In this document: positions 26,573 to 38,363 of the stretch, one piece after another
How the letters are laid out: each line of letters starts with the position of its first letter
Numbering within the stretch: the stretch's first letter is position 1
Assembly: GCA_907165135.1 (NCBI GenBank)
Contig: OU015567.1
Location: 7,750,001 to 7,814,000 of the forward strand
Length of the DNA: 64,000 bases
Direction: 5' to 3'
Source of the DNA: Oikopleura dioica
Taxonomy: Eukaryota; Animalia; Chordata
The notes under the pieces: generated by a model
What the model was told of the DNA's origin: nothing
What the model saw: the letters and a program-made list of their open reading frames with translations, nothing else
Databases searched by the model: none
Position numbers and translations under genes: made by a program

Positions 26573-27200
26573 AACTCTTCTTTCGATGAAATATTTCATT
26601 ACTATTTATTATTACTTTAAGATTCAAAATGCCTGTTTTATTCAAAGAAGCAACACTGATAATGATCCTCTTAACAACGTCTTTTGATAACTATTCTTTT
26701 GTAAGGCAAATCACAAATGTGTATTATTCAAAGTATCTTCTTGTTATTTAAAAATAAGTTTTCAACTTAAAAAAATCAGGGAAAAGAGCCAACAACGGCT
26801 CTAGTCTAGTCTACTAGTCACCTATCAAGCTAGGTGCTCGCTTCCACTCCAGACCCTACAACGGTAACTGCCACTGAACTTTGCTTTACAAAAAGTTAAT
26901 TAAATCAACTTTCAACTTTCACCTGTTATGTTTTCTTTTGTTTCTGTTTCGCCTTAATAATACAAAGAAATATACTTGTGACTTGTTCTTTTTTGAGTTC
27001 TGCTGGATTTTCAAAACGGCTTTCTTCAAATTCAAAATTCAAATATACGAGGATTAAAAGCGAAAATCGACGGCTAAGTTTTAAATATAAAATGCTCTGC
27101 TTTGTGACTTTTATTATTCTAAATATATATTTTAAACGAGTGAGCTGTACTTTTTACTCGAAGGAAACTAAATTAGTTGTTTTCAGAGAAAAATATAGAG

Positions 27201-28888
27201 ATGGGAGGAGACGGAGGAACCTGCTGCAAGGCGCGCTCGATTATGACCAAAACAAAAAAGGAGAAAAAGAAACAAGACGTAAGTTGAGAACTTTAGTTCG
27301 TCAATAATTGACTGCTGGATTAATTAGCGAGAATACGAAGTGAACGCAAAGTGGACGTTCTGCTCCATTTCCGGCAAGTCGCTGACCAAGCCAATCGTCA
27401 GTTGTCAACTGGGCAAGCTCTATAACAAAGATGCAATAATAGAGTTTCTACTTGATCGTGCTAAACAACCTCCCGAGACCCAGCGTCGTCTCAAGCACAT
27501 CAAAGGACTAAAAGATGTTGTAGAATTGAAGCTGACGGCGAATCCAAGGTGCGTAACTAAGTTTATATTTAGAAGATGTTTTAAACTAAAAATTACCAAA
27601 TTATTTTCCAATTGTGAGTCAATTTGAGGCTTGAGTGTGAAGAAAACAATAAAAGAGCATCTGTGATTTCGACATTTGTTTCACATCGTAAACAAATTCC
27701 ATTCCATATACTTATGACGAGGCAGTAAAGGGTGCGGATGAGTTTCTTACCGTTGAACTCCCCGAAAACCTTCGAAAGTTAAAGATTTCAATTAATGAAA
27801 GTTCCTAAAAATATACAGTATATAATATACCCAATTAAAGCCACCGAACCGATGCTCATGGAACGCAGCACGGTGCCAAGTACCACTGCCCGATCTCGAC
27901 TCTTGAAATGAACGGCCGCCACAAATTCGGCTACATTCTCAGCACTGGAAACGTAATCTCCGACCGGGCGATTCAGCAACTCAAAGAAGACAACATGATT
28001 ATCGGTAATGAGACTCACCACAAAAAAAATGAGTGCAAGCCATACTTTGTACGTTTTTGTTATGAACACAACCTCATTGACAAGCGTCATCCGTTTTGGA
28101 GCAAAAATACAACTCAATTAAAAAATGTTTGTTTTAAAAACTGCAGATGAGCCAATTCTTGAATGTTCGACCAAATTAGATTAAATTGAGGCCGAGTCTA
28201 TTAATGGAGACTTCTTGAACTAAAAATAATTGTTTCTTCTTCCAGATCCATCGAATGAGCAGAAGTACCCGCTTGATGACATCATTTACATTAATTTGGA
28301 AGAAGAAATCGATATTGAAAAACAGCTGAATAGAATGAAGGCTAGAAAAGAAGCCAAAAAAGCTTCAAAGGTTCTCTCAAGTATCAATACTTTCCCAAAA
28401 CTAACGTTGAATTGTAGGCCAATAAACGGCAGAAAGCAGAGGGCGAAGAGGAAGCCCCAAAGAAGAAAAAGAAGTCGATCATTGTCCCTCAACGTCTGGA
28501 AAAGTCAACGATCAACTCCAGGCTCAATACAATAACACGTAAAAATCATGATTCATGAAGCAACAACTTTTAGTAATTGTTAATTTAGGAACTTCGATCA
28601 AAGACGGAGCAGAATCCGTCAAAAATCAAAAGCAAAAGTCTGAAGTTCTCTCCGCTCTTTTTACCTCGCACGATTCTTTCATTGGCGATCTTACTGCGGA
28701 GGCACTGGCTGGAAGGTAGGAACCATTCTTTGCTAGAATCCCCTGAAATAAAACTTTTTCGAAGAACGGCGAATATGGCCACCGCGGCCATCCAAAAAAT
28801 CAAAAATGGCGTGCGATCTAACGAAGCTCGAGAAACTCAGAAGAATCTGAAATACGCGCGCTACAAAGCCGGTGGTTTAAACAACTGA
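27201..28888 (+). CDS. RTF2: Replication termination factor 2 (Rtf2 RING-like)
   Basis: MGGDGG start; WTFCSISGKSLTKPIVSCQLGKLYNKDAIIEFLLD; CPISTLEMNGRHKF. Confidence 0.85.
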
Positions 28889-29086
28889 TCGTTTGTCGTC
28901 CTCTTTATTTTCTCGAATAACAAACATCATGTTTGTAAGCGTTATTGTTTCTGCCAGCAAAAAATGTACCATTTTCAAAATGGAATTTCAATTGAACTTG
29001 ATTTTTACCGACTGTTTTATCATTTCCATAAAAGATAACAAATTTACCGATGTTTGTTTATCGTCTTTTCTTTTTCTTAGAAAGCT

Positions 29087-30289
29087 ATGATAACACTGCG
29101 ACCGCCGCCACAAAGCATCGCCCGACAAGTCCGACTCCTGAGTCAGACTCAACAACTAGCAGGAAACAACAGACGAATGGCCAAAGAAAAACAATCCCTC
29201 GACGGCGACAAGCCCTTGACGTATGAGAGGCGATTCAAGCCGCATAGAATCAACAGAATCAAGCAGTTCCAGTGCGTCAATACGACGAATTTGAAAGATT
29301 TTGGCTTTGATGTAAGTAAAAATAGATTCATTCGTCATTTCCAATATGCTTGTTTCCTTGTTATTATAACAAAATGCTTTTAAGAGCAATTGTTCCTGAG
29401 CACTTTCGCTTCTTGAGTACAATATTTGTATAAAAATATTAGTCTCATCAATTCAATTGAATTCAGATGAATTACTTCAGACAAAAAGAAACCTCCCAAT
29501 GAAATCATGTGAACTCGTTAATCCTTGATTCTAGCTCCATGGAGATAATCACGCAGAAAACGCGATTTACGAAGATTTATTCATCAAAAAGTTCCTTCAC
29601 GGTGTCTTCTGGCATCAGCTGATTCCCGAGCAAGGAATTGCCATTTTGAGAAGATTGAATGAAATTGAAATTGTTGTCACGATCACAGAGGTTCGTGTTT
29701 AAGACTTTCGCACTCGTCCGCAAAAGTAAAGGAGAAATTGAGAAATAGACAGAGTATCTGTGTATCTACAAGTTGAGAATACCCGTAGTTGCGAAGAAAA
29801 TAAGTTTATCTTTGTCGTATAGTTTGTTTTAAGTAGAGTTGATTAAATTAAGTACCGAGTCGGTACTGCCGACTTATGTTCTTGACCATGTATTGAATAC
29901 ATTCTCCAACATTGTTTTTACATTGGTAATAACAATCTTGCTTGATTCGATCTTGGCTACCCCAGTTGGCTGTCTAGTTCTCACCTTTTTGTCTAGAATT
30001 CATCAAAATAATTAGTATTATTATCCTATTCATGATCTTTGAAAAGAAAGTGGGTTTAGAAAGTAATTCGAATATTTAGACGCACAATCCACTGACAAAG
30101 CCGGTAGTTGACCCACCAGGAAACATCTTAACGAAGCAGCGTCCGATCAAAATGGAGCCCGGGACCGTTGGAGACTTTTATTTCAAAGCTGGCTTTGTGG
30201 AAACGATTTTGTCGCATCAGCTGAAAAGAAATGTTACTTGTACAATGAAATTCGCGTATAGGGATCAGACGCATTATTCTTACTGGTAG
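29087..30289 (+). CDS. MRPS24: Mitochondrial ribosomal protein uS3m
   Basis: Basic presequence; GDKPLTYE..KPHRI; EDLFIKKFLHGVF; C-terminal FKAGFVETILSHQLK. Confidence 0.82.
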
Positions 30290-30354
30290 ACACTGAACTC
30301 GGAGTTCTTAGTAATTTCTTTTTGAATCAATTGTTTAAAGTCACAAGTTTTCAG

Positions 30355-33300
30355 ATGCGTAATGGCGGAGCAATGAAACGAGTTCGCCCTGAGCGGTTTG
30401 TTACTAAGAAATCGCTAAATGATAACGATAGGATGCGGATTCCATCAAAGGCTTCTTCTATCTATGACGATGAGAATTCAAAGTAAGACATCTATCTCGT
30501 AAATCTAATTAAAAATTAACGATAAAACCTTCAAAGATAAATTTTTCAAAGATAGAGAAATAATAACATGACGCTTCGAAATTATCATCTTTATCATATG
30601 ACTATTTTTTACGTATTTTCTGCTTATCAAACACGTGTTTAGCAGCACAGACGAAAGTCTTAACCAACAAAGTCTCTTTGCTCAAATCAAGCAATTGGAC
30701 AACTCGCTCGGTTCCTACTGGAACGTTGCTCCTGAAACTGATTCAACCGGAAGACGACCAAGAAAGAAAACGGAGCGACTTCAAATGTAAGTTTTCAAAG
30801 AAAAATGATTGTCTGTGAGTCAGAAAGGCGCAGTCCGAAAGCGCGATAACCGATCTTCCCAAGATCTGATTTCGTGTCAAGCCAAAGCTACCCATTTCGC
30901 TTTTTCATTTATTTATGGAGAGAATGAAGCCCGAGCATATTCCTCTTCGAAAGGCGTCTCTAATAATTTATTTAGAGATAAAATTATATGAAAAGTAAGA
31001 AAATAAACTCATTTTTAATGATTATACACTGTATAATATACACTTATTAAGTGTCATTTAAAATGATTAAGGTGGTAGAAACAGCTTTTTTGAAAAAAGC
31101 CGATTTTTGAACGGCGCCCAAGCTCAGCCAACCTTAGATTATTTAATTCTCTCTTCGACTTTAGTTAGATTTATCTTAGATCTAAAAACATCTGTTTCTA
31201 AAATTATTTTTTGTTATTTAACTGTAGAGAGCGAAAAATCAACCCATCTCGTCGAAAATGCCGATTTTAGCCCATTTTCAAGCACGGTTATCTCGAGTCA
31301 TGTGATGAACCGAGAATTTCAAATCTAATTTTAGGAAAATTCAACCCTTTTTCTAGGAGCATCTATGATTGAAATTGCGTAATCATGAAAAATGATAATG
31401 TTGCGAGGCCGATTGAAACTTGTGTCTCAAATTTTCAAAATTTTGAATTTTAAAGATCATTTTTTCGTGATACCCTTAAGTTATGGTCCTTCCAAAATTA
31501 TTCAAGATGATCATGTGATCCAAGCAAATCTATTCTTTTCCCGTTGATCCCCTTATTAAACGATTTTTACTGTGGCTAAATTTCGAAAAACTCAAATTTG
31601 CGCCAAAACTTCAACTTTTAAGGCAATTTTTAGGGCGTTCCAACATAGTTAGAACATTGTTATTGATAGAATTATATTTTTCGTGCATTGGGTTATCAAA
31701 ATCTTCAAAAAAATTTTTAAATTTCCATTTTTGGCAAAAGCTGTTTCTACCCCCTTAAGTGACAAAGCTTGCGTATGATGTTCGTGTTTAGAAAGATACT
31801 CGCAAAAATAAAGAACTTTCAATGAAAGTTTCAAATTGTCTATAAAACGTTTAGTCTGAGATAGAGACGCCTTTCAAGTCGTTCAGTGAGGGTTGTAAAC
31901 TTTACAATCTTAAGGGGGAGGTCGACGAGAATCGGGATTTCTGTAACCAAAAATCCGGAAAAACCTGCTTAGATAGGCGAATTCTGACTTTTCAGGTGAA
32001 AAGAAAAGTGTTTGAAAAATACAGCGGCGAAAACTAGAAAAAAATTTTTTTCGAAAAATTTTTCAAAAAATTGGGTCAAAGTGGGGGTTACTCGTAACCA
32101 ATAAATCTCGAAAACGGGATTTTTTTTTTCGTCTAATTAAATAAATAGTAAGTTGAAACCCTTAAAAATACAGCGGTGACAATATAAAACGGGCTGCTTT
32201 TATATAAAAAATTTTTTCTGTTTACTAAAAATATGCGATTTTCCTAAAAATCGTCATTTTTGCTCATTTTTCACGGAGAATGTTACCAAAAGCGCCGAGA
32301 CTCGAAATTTTTTACTGATTATGATAAGAAAACCATTCAAAAACAATATCTAGTGAATAAAAATCGGATTAAGATTGTTTTTGGGTGAAATAAGAAACTT
32401 TAAAATTTTGTAAAATCTCGAATTTCAGACACAAAATTGAAGATTTTGTTAAAAAAAGTTAGTCAATGCCCAAAAAGCTGGAGACCAAAAATGTTCCTTT
32501 TTTATTAAGGAATCCAAAAATATAACCAAAATTTTGAAAAAGCGAAAAAATTTTTCTCGTCGACCCCCTCCTTAAGTTAAAACAGTTATAATCTTACATT
32601 CTCTTTCATTTATCTATTAGGTTCTATTGGTAATTATTATTTGCAATAAATATTCCTAACCCGCTCAAGGTCGATATAAACCGTGCATTATCTATAGAGA
32701 AGAAGAAACGAAAAGCAATGGCGATCCAAACAGCCCCGTAAAAAGAAAACAACAGTCTCGGAAGACGAAAAAAGAAGGTAATTACCTTTGGTTAACTTTG
32801 TTAGTAAACTCTGATAACGGGCATTTTAAGAATTGAAAAGAGAAGCTGGAGTTGATGTTTCTGATGATGAATCTTTCAAATCGGGATCGAATGATAGGTC
32901 TACCCATCAGGGCTCGGACTTTGAGGACTTTGATGAACCAAGAGACGTTCCAACTTCGCTTACTGGTGCTAAAAAACGAAAGGTAACACTTTTTTATTGA
33001 AACTTTTTAAAAATCTTTCCGAAATAGGCGAAGACGCGTCCACGTACCGACCTGACGTCCTTAAAAGTGCGCCTCATGCTCAATCGCCACGAAAGCCAAC
33101 TGTCTTCGACGATGGAGGCAAGTCAAAGTCGAAGATAAACTTCTAAAGACTAAATTTAAGAAACTTTGTGGCACACTAACCCCAAGCGAACTCATCAAAG
33201 ACGTATCGAAACACCTCATGGAAAGTTATAACAGCCAGCCTCTCCTGCTCAAGTCTGAAAAGACGATTCTCTGCCACATAAAAGACGAGGACTTTGAGGA

Positions 33301-33585
33301 AAAGACCAAACCGCAAATTTGTCGAAGTCCATCGGTAACCACCCTTTTTCAGATAATAAAATTTAACTTCAAATTCAGCCTGATCGAACGCTGCCAATCT
33401 CCAAGAAAGCGGAGCAAGAGCTGAAATTGAGCTTGAAAAAGCGGCTCGCTGATCGTCGCATTCTAGAGCGCGACCCCAACTCTGAAGCGTTCAAAGCAGT
33501 GGTCGCGGCGAAGGCGAGTCTCTACGAATTCTTGAGCAAAAATTTCAACAACGATGGGACGCGAAAGAAACCTGCCAAGGCCTAA
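30355..33585 (+). CDS. Unrecognised lysine-rich multi-exon protein
   Basis: Open exons bounded by splice signals at 30355-30482, ~30641-30786 and ~32620-33585 (including a GC-AG intron at 33118-33160). ATG lies directly after TTTTCAG. No family recognised. Confidence 0.6.
31071..31754. mobile_element. TTAA-flanked MITE (Kolobok-like), 684 bp
   Basis: TIR GG(T/G)GGTAGAAACAGCTTTT, 18/19 match; TTAA at 31067-31070 and 31755-31758. Confidence 0.88.
31914..32571. mobile_element. TTAA-flanked MITE (Kolobok-like), 658 bp
   Basis: TIR GGGGGAGGTCGACGAGAA versus GGAGGGGGTCGACGAGAA, 16/18; TTAA at 31910-31913 and 32572-32575. Confidence 0.88.
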
Positions 33586-34302
33586 TTCATAGAATTTACT
33601 GCTCAACCCAATCGATGACAATTATCAATTGAGAGTTTATCAACAACCATTACTTATGATTTAGATTTTACTGATTCTAACTTTATCAAAATTAAATCTT
33701 TCTTTCATTTATTACCTAAAGACGGAATTACAGTTAAATATAGTTATTCTGCATTAAACATTGCCTGACTTATTTCCTATCTCGAACCTCGCTCCCTGAA
33801 ATCACCAAAAACACGATTCCTTTTGAAGAAAACGAAATAAGTACACCCTTAGAAATTCAAAAATAAAACTGAAGCATATTCTCAATCCTCGTCTTATTCT
33901 CTTCACATGATCTTCTCCCCGCCGGATCGGGTTTTTCCCTAAAATCAGGGCAAAAAATGCTAGTGGCGTGAGCTCAGGGTAGCTTATCGCTCCTCACCCC
34001 TCCCACTAATATGGCACACACCCCTGCATTATTGTATTAGTTCGAAGTTTGGAAGAAAACGACCAGAGAACTACTGGTATTTCTGATAGAATGTTGCGAC
34101 GATTTGGACTTCGAGTGTTCCGAGGTGCCTCCCGGGCGGCTTCTTCTTTCAAAGGTGACATATTGGAAAAATACATGCAAGTGTATAAAGATATACAGTA
34201 CACTATATCATACTGCGCGTCATAACTAGTATTAGCAAGCGGAAGTAAAATACGAGACATAGAGTTTAAAATTGAGCCATCAAAGTATACTAAAATCACG
34301 AG

Positions 34303-36339
34303 ATGACTTCCATAGAGGATTTGAAAACTATCAAAAAGAAGCGCCAACTAAAGGGTTCTGAATATGCGCATATATTTTATATGATTAAACTGTATTTTCT
34401 AGCGGCTGATTTGACCGTTGAAGTTACTAAATCGCCAGCCCAAAAGCCCGAGTCCGCTGATAACTTGCCCTTTGGCGCCGTTTTCACCGATCATATGTTG
34501 GAAATCGACTGGACCGCCGAGAATGGATGGGGCACTCCAGAAATCAAGCCATTCCAAAACTTATCGCTGGTAAATTCAACATTTTCCAAGTTCAATTTCC
34601 GAAAATAAACTCTTCTCCTTCTGTAGCACCCTGCCGCCAGTTGCCTTCACTACGCCATTGAGTTGTTCGAAGGGATGAAAGCTTATAAACGACACGACGG
34701 CAAAGTGGTTATGTTCCGACCAGACAGAAACATGGCACGAATGCACTCCAGTGCGGTGCGAAGCGCTCTTCCTGAATTTGACCAGGTATGTTTCACTGTC
34801 ATGTCTTGAAGTCTCCAGCGAAGCCAGGTTCAATTCTTACTTGAACTATTTTAGGAAGAGATGCAAAAATGCATTCAAAAGCTCGTCGACTTGGAGCGAG
34901 ACTGGATTCCTGACTCTAAAGTTGCTTCGCTCTACATTCGACCGACGATGATCGGCACAGAACCTACACTTGGCGTTTCTGTAAGCAAAAGAATATCTAA
35001 CGCTTTACCACTAAACCTTTAGCCACCAAAATACGCTAAATGCTTCGTCATTCTTTGCCCCGTCGGTCCTTACTTCCCAACTGGCGGATTCAACCCCGTT
35101 TCTCTTCATGCTGATCCCTCCGTCGTCCGAGCTTGGGATGGTGGATCTGGAAACTTCAAAATGGGCGCTAATTATGCTCCTACTATTCATCCTCATATGG
35201 AGGTAAGTTTTGCTTTCGAAAACTTAAAATAACTATCATTTTAGGCGATGAAAAAAGGCCACCAACAGATTCTCTGGCTTTACGGAGACGAGCATTACAT
35301 CACCGAAGTCGGCACAATGAATCTGCTTATCTACTGGGTAAACGAGAACGGCGAAGAAGAACTTGTCACTCCACCTATCGAGCAGGGCGTTATCTTGCCA
35401 GGTGTGACCAGAGACTCGCTTTTGACTCTCGCACGTGAGTGGAACGAGTTCAAGGTGACCGAGCGGCCAGTTACGATGAAAGAATTGGTCGATGCTTTGG
35501 ACCAGGGACGAGTTAAGGAAGTCTTTGGTGCCGGTACTGCTTGCGTCGTCTGTCCAGGACAGGGTCTCTTATTTTTCAAAAAGATTCTCTTGGAGGTCGA
35601 ATATTTTGTCAATAATGATTATTTGCGGCCCACTAACGACCGCTTATCGTTGTTCGTAACAAATTTCTTTTTATTTTTTGTTAGTTGGAGAATCTTGGTA
35701 TAAATTATACCGTTATACTACCGTTATATTATCTGGTAGAACGATTTATTGCGCGTTGCAAGTTGTTTCGATGCGCAATAATCAATTTTCGTGCCTGACC
35801 TATCGCGGAAAAACAGCACAGTTGCTCCATGTTTAAATTTGTCAAGATAGAACATCGTATTTCTCTAAATTCAGCTCAGTTTGACAAGTATGCAGCGGGC
35901 GGGGTTGAAATGACAATATCCCCTCGTTGTTCAAATATGCGTTCGACATATCTTCAACTGCCTAGGACGTGCCAGTCGTGGAATTCACAAGGTTTGCTGT
36001 ATTTGCAAAGAGGCGAGTTCGAAGATATTCTGTCGCAATTTCGCAACCGAGCTCAAGTTTTTTTTATGTGGAAAGATGAATTTTTACTTTTCGAATGAAA
36101 ATGACTTCATTTCTAGTTTGCTAGATTACAAGAGCATCGAAATTGATGTTTTCTGTGTCCCCACAGGTGACGCTTTCTAACGTGACCCGAAAACAGTGAA
36201 CCGTGTCACCTACGGCGACCGTGTCTTGGAAATTCCAACGATGGATAACGGCGCCAAACTTGCCACGCGCTTCTTAAACACTCTCAACGACATTCAGTAC
36301 GGCAACACCAGCCGAGAAGGATGGCAAGTCATCTTCTAA
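34303..36339 (+). CDS. BCAT: Branched-chain amino acid aminotransferase
   Basis: [10 protein letters not shown]; [14 protein letters not shown]; GNFKMGANY; ITEVGTMN; [11 protein letters not shown]; [14 protein letters not shown]-terminus uncertain. Confidence 0.93.
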
Positions 36340-38363
36340 GCTCAACATGCCAATTATACCTACGAGCCAATATTTTTTGCCACAAACCAACGAACTACAC
36401 CATTATACTCATTTTATACGATTGTTTTTTTTTCTTAGCAGTGTTTTTTTCGTTTGAATTTTTTACACTCCTAGATCGTTAATCGATTTCTTTATTATAA
36501 TTATTTAAAATAAGCCACTAAGATTATAATTTATAAATGTTTTGTCTGCTCGTTTCCAAAAGGGCTTGAATTTCACTGTGAAGTTCTCGATTTTAGTCTT
36601 TCTGGTGCAATTTCGAACTCCGAAATTTTACCGCTTTCATACTGCACTTCTAAACCTGTTCTCAGCATGGTTTCACAAGTTCCATCCAGCCCTCGTTTTG
36701 TTCCACGCTCTCGTTAATACCAAATTATATTATTGTTATTATGATATTTTAAAAATGTACTCTGTTCAACAAGGAGATTCAATAAACAGTACTAACTCAG
36801 AAAGCCATTCGCGTATTCCTATGTCGTGACATGTTCTTTTAATTGTACGACATGATAAAAATGCTTTTTAAATTGACGACTCTTGATCATTCTTTTTAGG
36901 AAAGGGCAAGCAAGTTGGCTTGCAAAAAGATCGAAAGAAGCACTTTTCAAGTGCGCAAATTAACGAAAGTAACCAGACTAAAGGCTCAGGAAGGTGATTA
37001 TCATTTTTGGCGGTTTTGAGCTATCTGCTAAACATACCCCGGTGCATGCTCTAATCCTGCTCGTTTTTTCGCAGAAGGCTATCTGCCATGACCTCCAATT
37101 TCGTAGTGAACTCGGCGAACCCGTAGACAAATTCTCAAGTTCTCAAGTTTCCTTTCACTAAAGTAGCAAATGCTACTTGAACCGCTTAAAACTTTATTTG
37201 GCAAACCAACAAAATGAGCGTTTCATGTTTCATGTTCATTAATTCTCTGTATCGAGACAAACAAGACGTGCGCCTCTTAAGATATTAGTAATACCACATT
37301 AACATATTCAGCAAGAATAAAGTTCTTTCGTTTTAGATGATAAGCAAGTCCCAATTTTTATCGACGCTTCCGAAACTTGAGTGATAAGATGGATGAACTT
37401 TTGTTCGATGAAAACTAGGTTTAGTAGGAACTTTATAGAGTTCTGGCGCGTTTAGTCTTATCACCTAAAGTTCATGCCTTAAATTTCAGATATTTCTTCC
37501 AGCAAATTCCATTGACTGAGCCCGAGGCAGCGGAATAGAGAAAGGGAACTCTACGAAAGAGTTCGATGGTTGTTCCATCATGTTTTTAGAAACGAGCTTT
37601 CAGTGGAAGCATGTCCAATTGTTGACGTCGCACACAACTTGTACCAATCAACGGAGATAATCGAACATGCCCACAACATAGTTAGTGAAGAGTTCTCTCC
37701 CTTAAATCTACAGCATTTCTGACGAAAAGGTTTATTGAAAGTGGAATTGATGTTCGAGCGGAGACTCGTTCTTTCCAGAGTCTGGGTACCCGCTGAAGTC
37801 AAATTGGTCATTTTTAGCCATCAATTTTTTCTGTTTTTTGATCCAGAATAATATTAAGAGCACCAAAGACTTCTTAAAGGACAAAGAAAAAAAATAATAT
37901 TTTTTGAAAAATTCACCACGTGACTATTTTCTCGGGAATAATTCTAGTTTTTTGGCTCTAATTTGTGACCCCATCACGCCCCATAAATGAGACCCATATA
38001 TATTGAAAGAGCTTCAAAAATGCTTTCAGAAAATGTCACTCATCGAATTGCAGGACATTGCAGGCAGATTCTAGAGACGTTTAAAGGTCAGGATTTGCGA
38101 AATTTCCGCGATGTAGGGTGTTCGAATCCCGACGATGACACTTTTTTTTCGAGGTGGACTTTAGTTATTTCTTATCTTTTTCGAATAACTATTTACCCTT
38201 GATACCTAAGAATCAACTTGGGGCGCTAGAGAGTATTGTAAAATTTTTAAATCAAAACCATAATAATGGAAAAAGCCTATATAATTAGAATTTTCGTAGC
38301 GGATGGGTGTGGGTGGGGTTGGGGACATAACTGAGATTGATCAACTCAGTGTTCCAAGCCATT

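Noticed and set aside
29851-29867. Family of perfect 8-bp hairpins with 1-nt loops (also 18406-18422 and 59495-59511)
   Set aside because: A rough estimate at this base composition gives about 1-2 such hairpins by chance in 64 kb, and the sequences are unrelated.
36890-37720. Possible small + strand gene after BCAT
   Set aside because: A ~65-codon open stretch near 37520-37710 is preceded by an in-frame stop and cannot be joined convincingly to other exons.
38087-38149. tRNA-Leu-like remnant (GTCAGGA...GTTCGAATCCC...TGACA followed by T8)
   Set aside because: Only ~54 nt, the T-stem and acceptor stem pair poorly, and there is no anticodon arm or convincing A box. At most a decayed Pol III-type relic.
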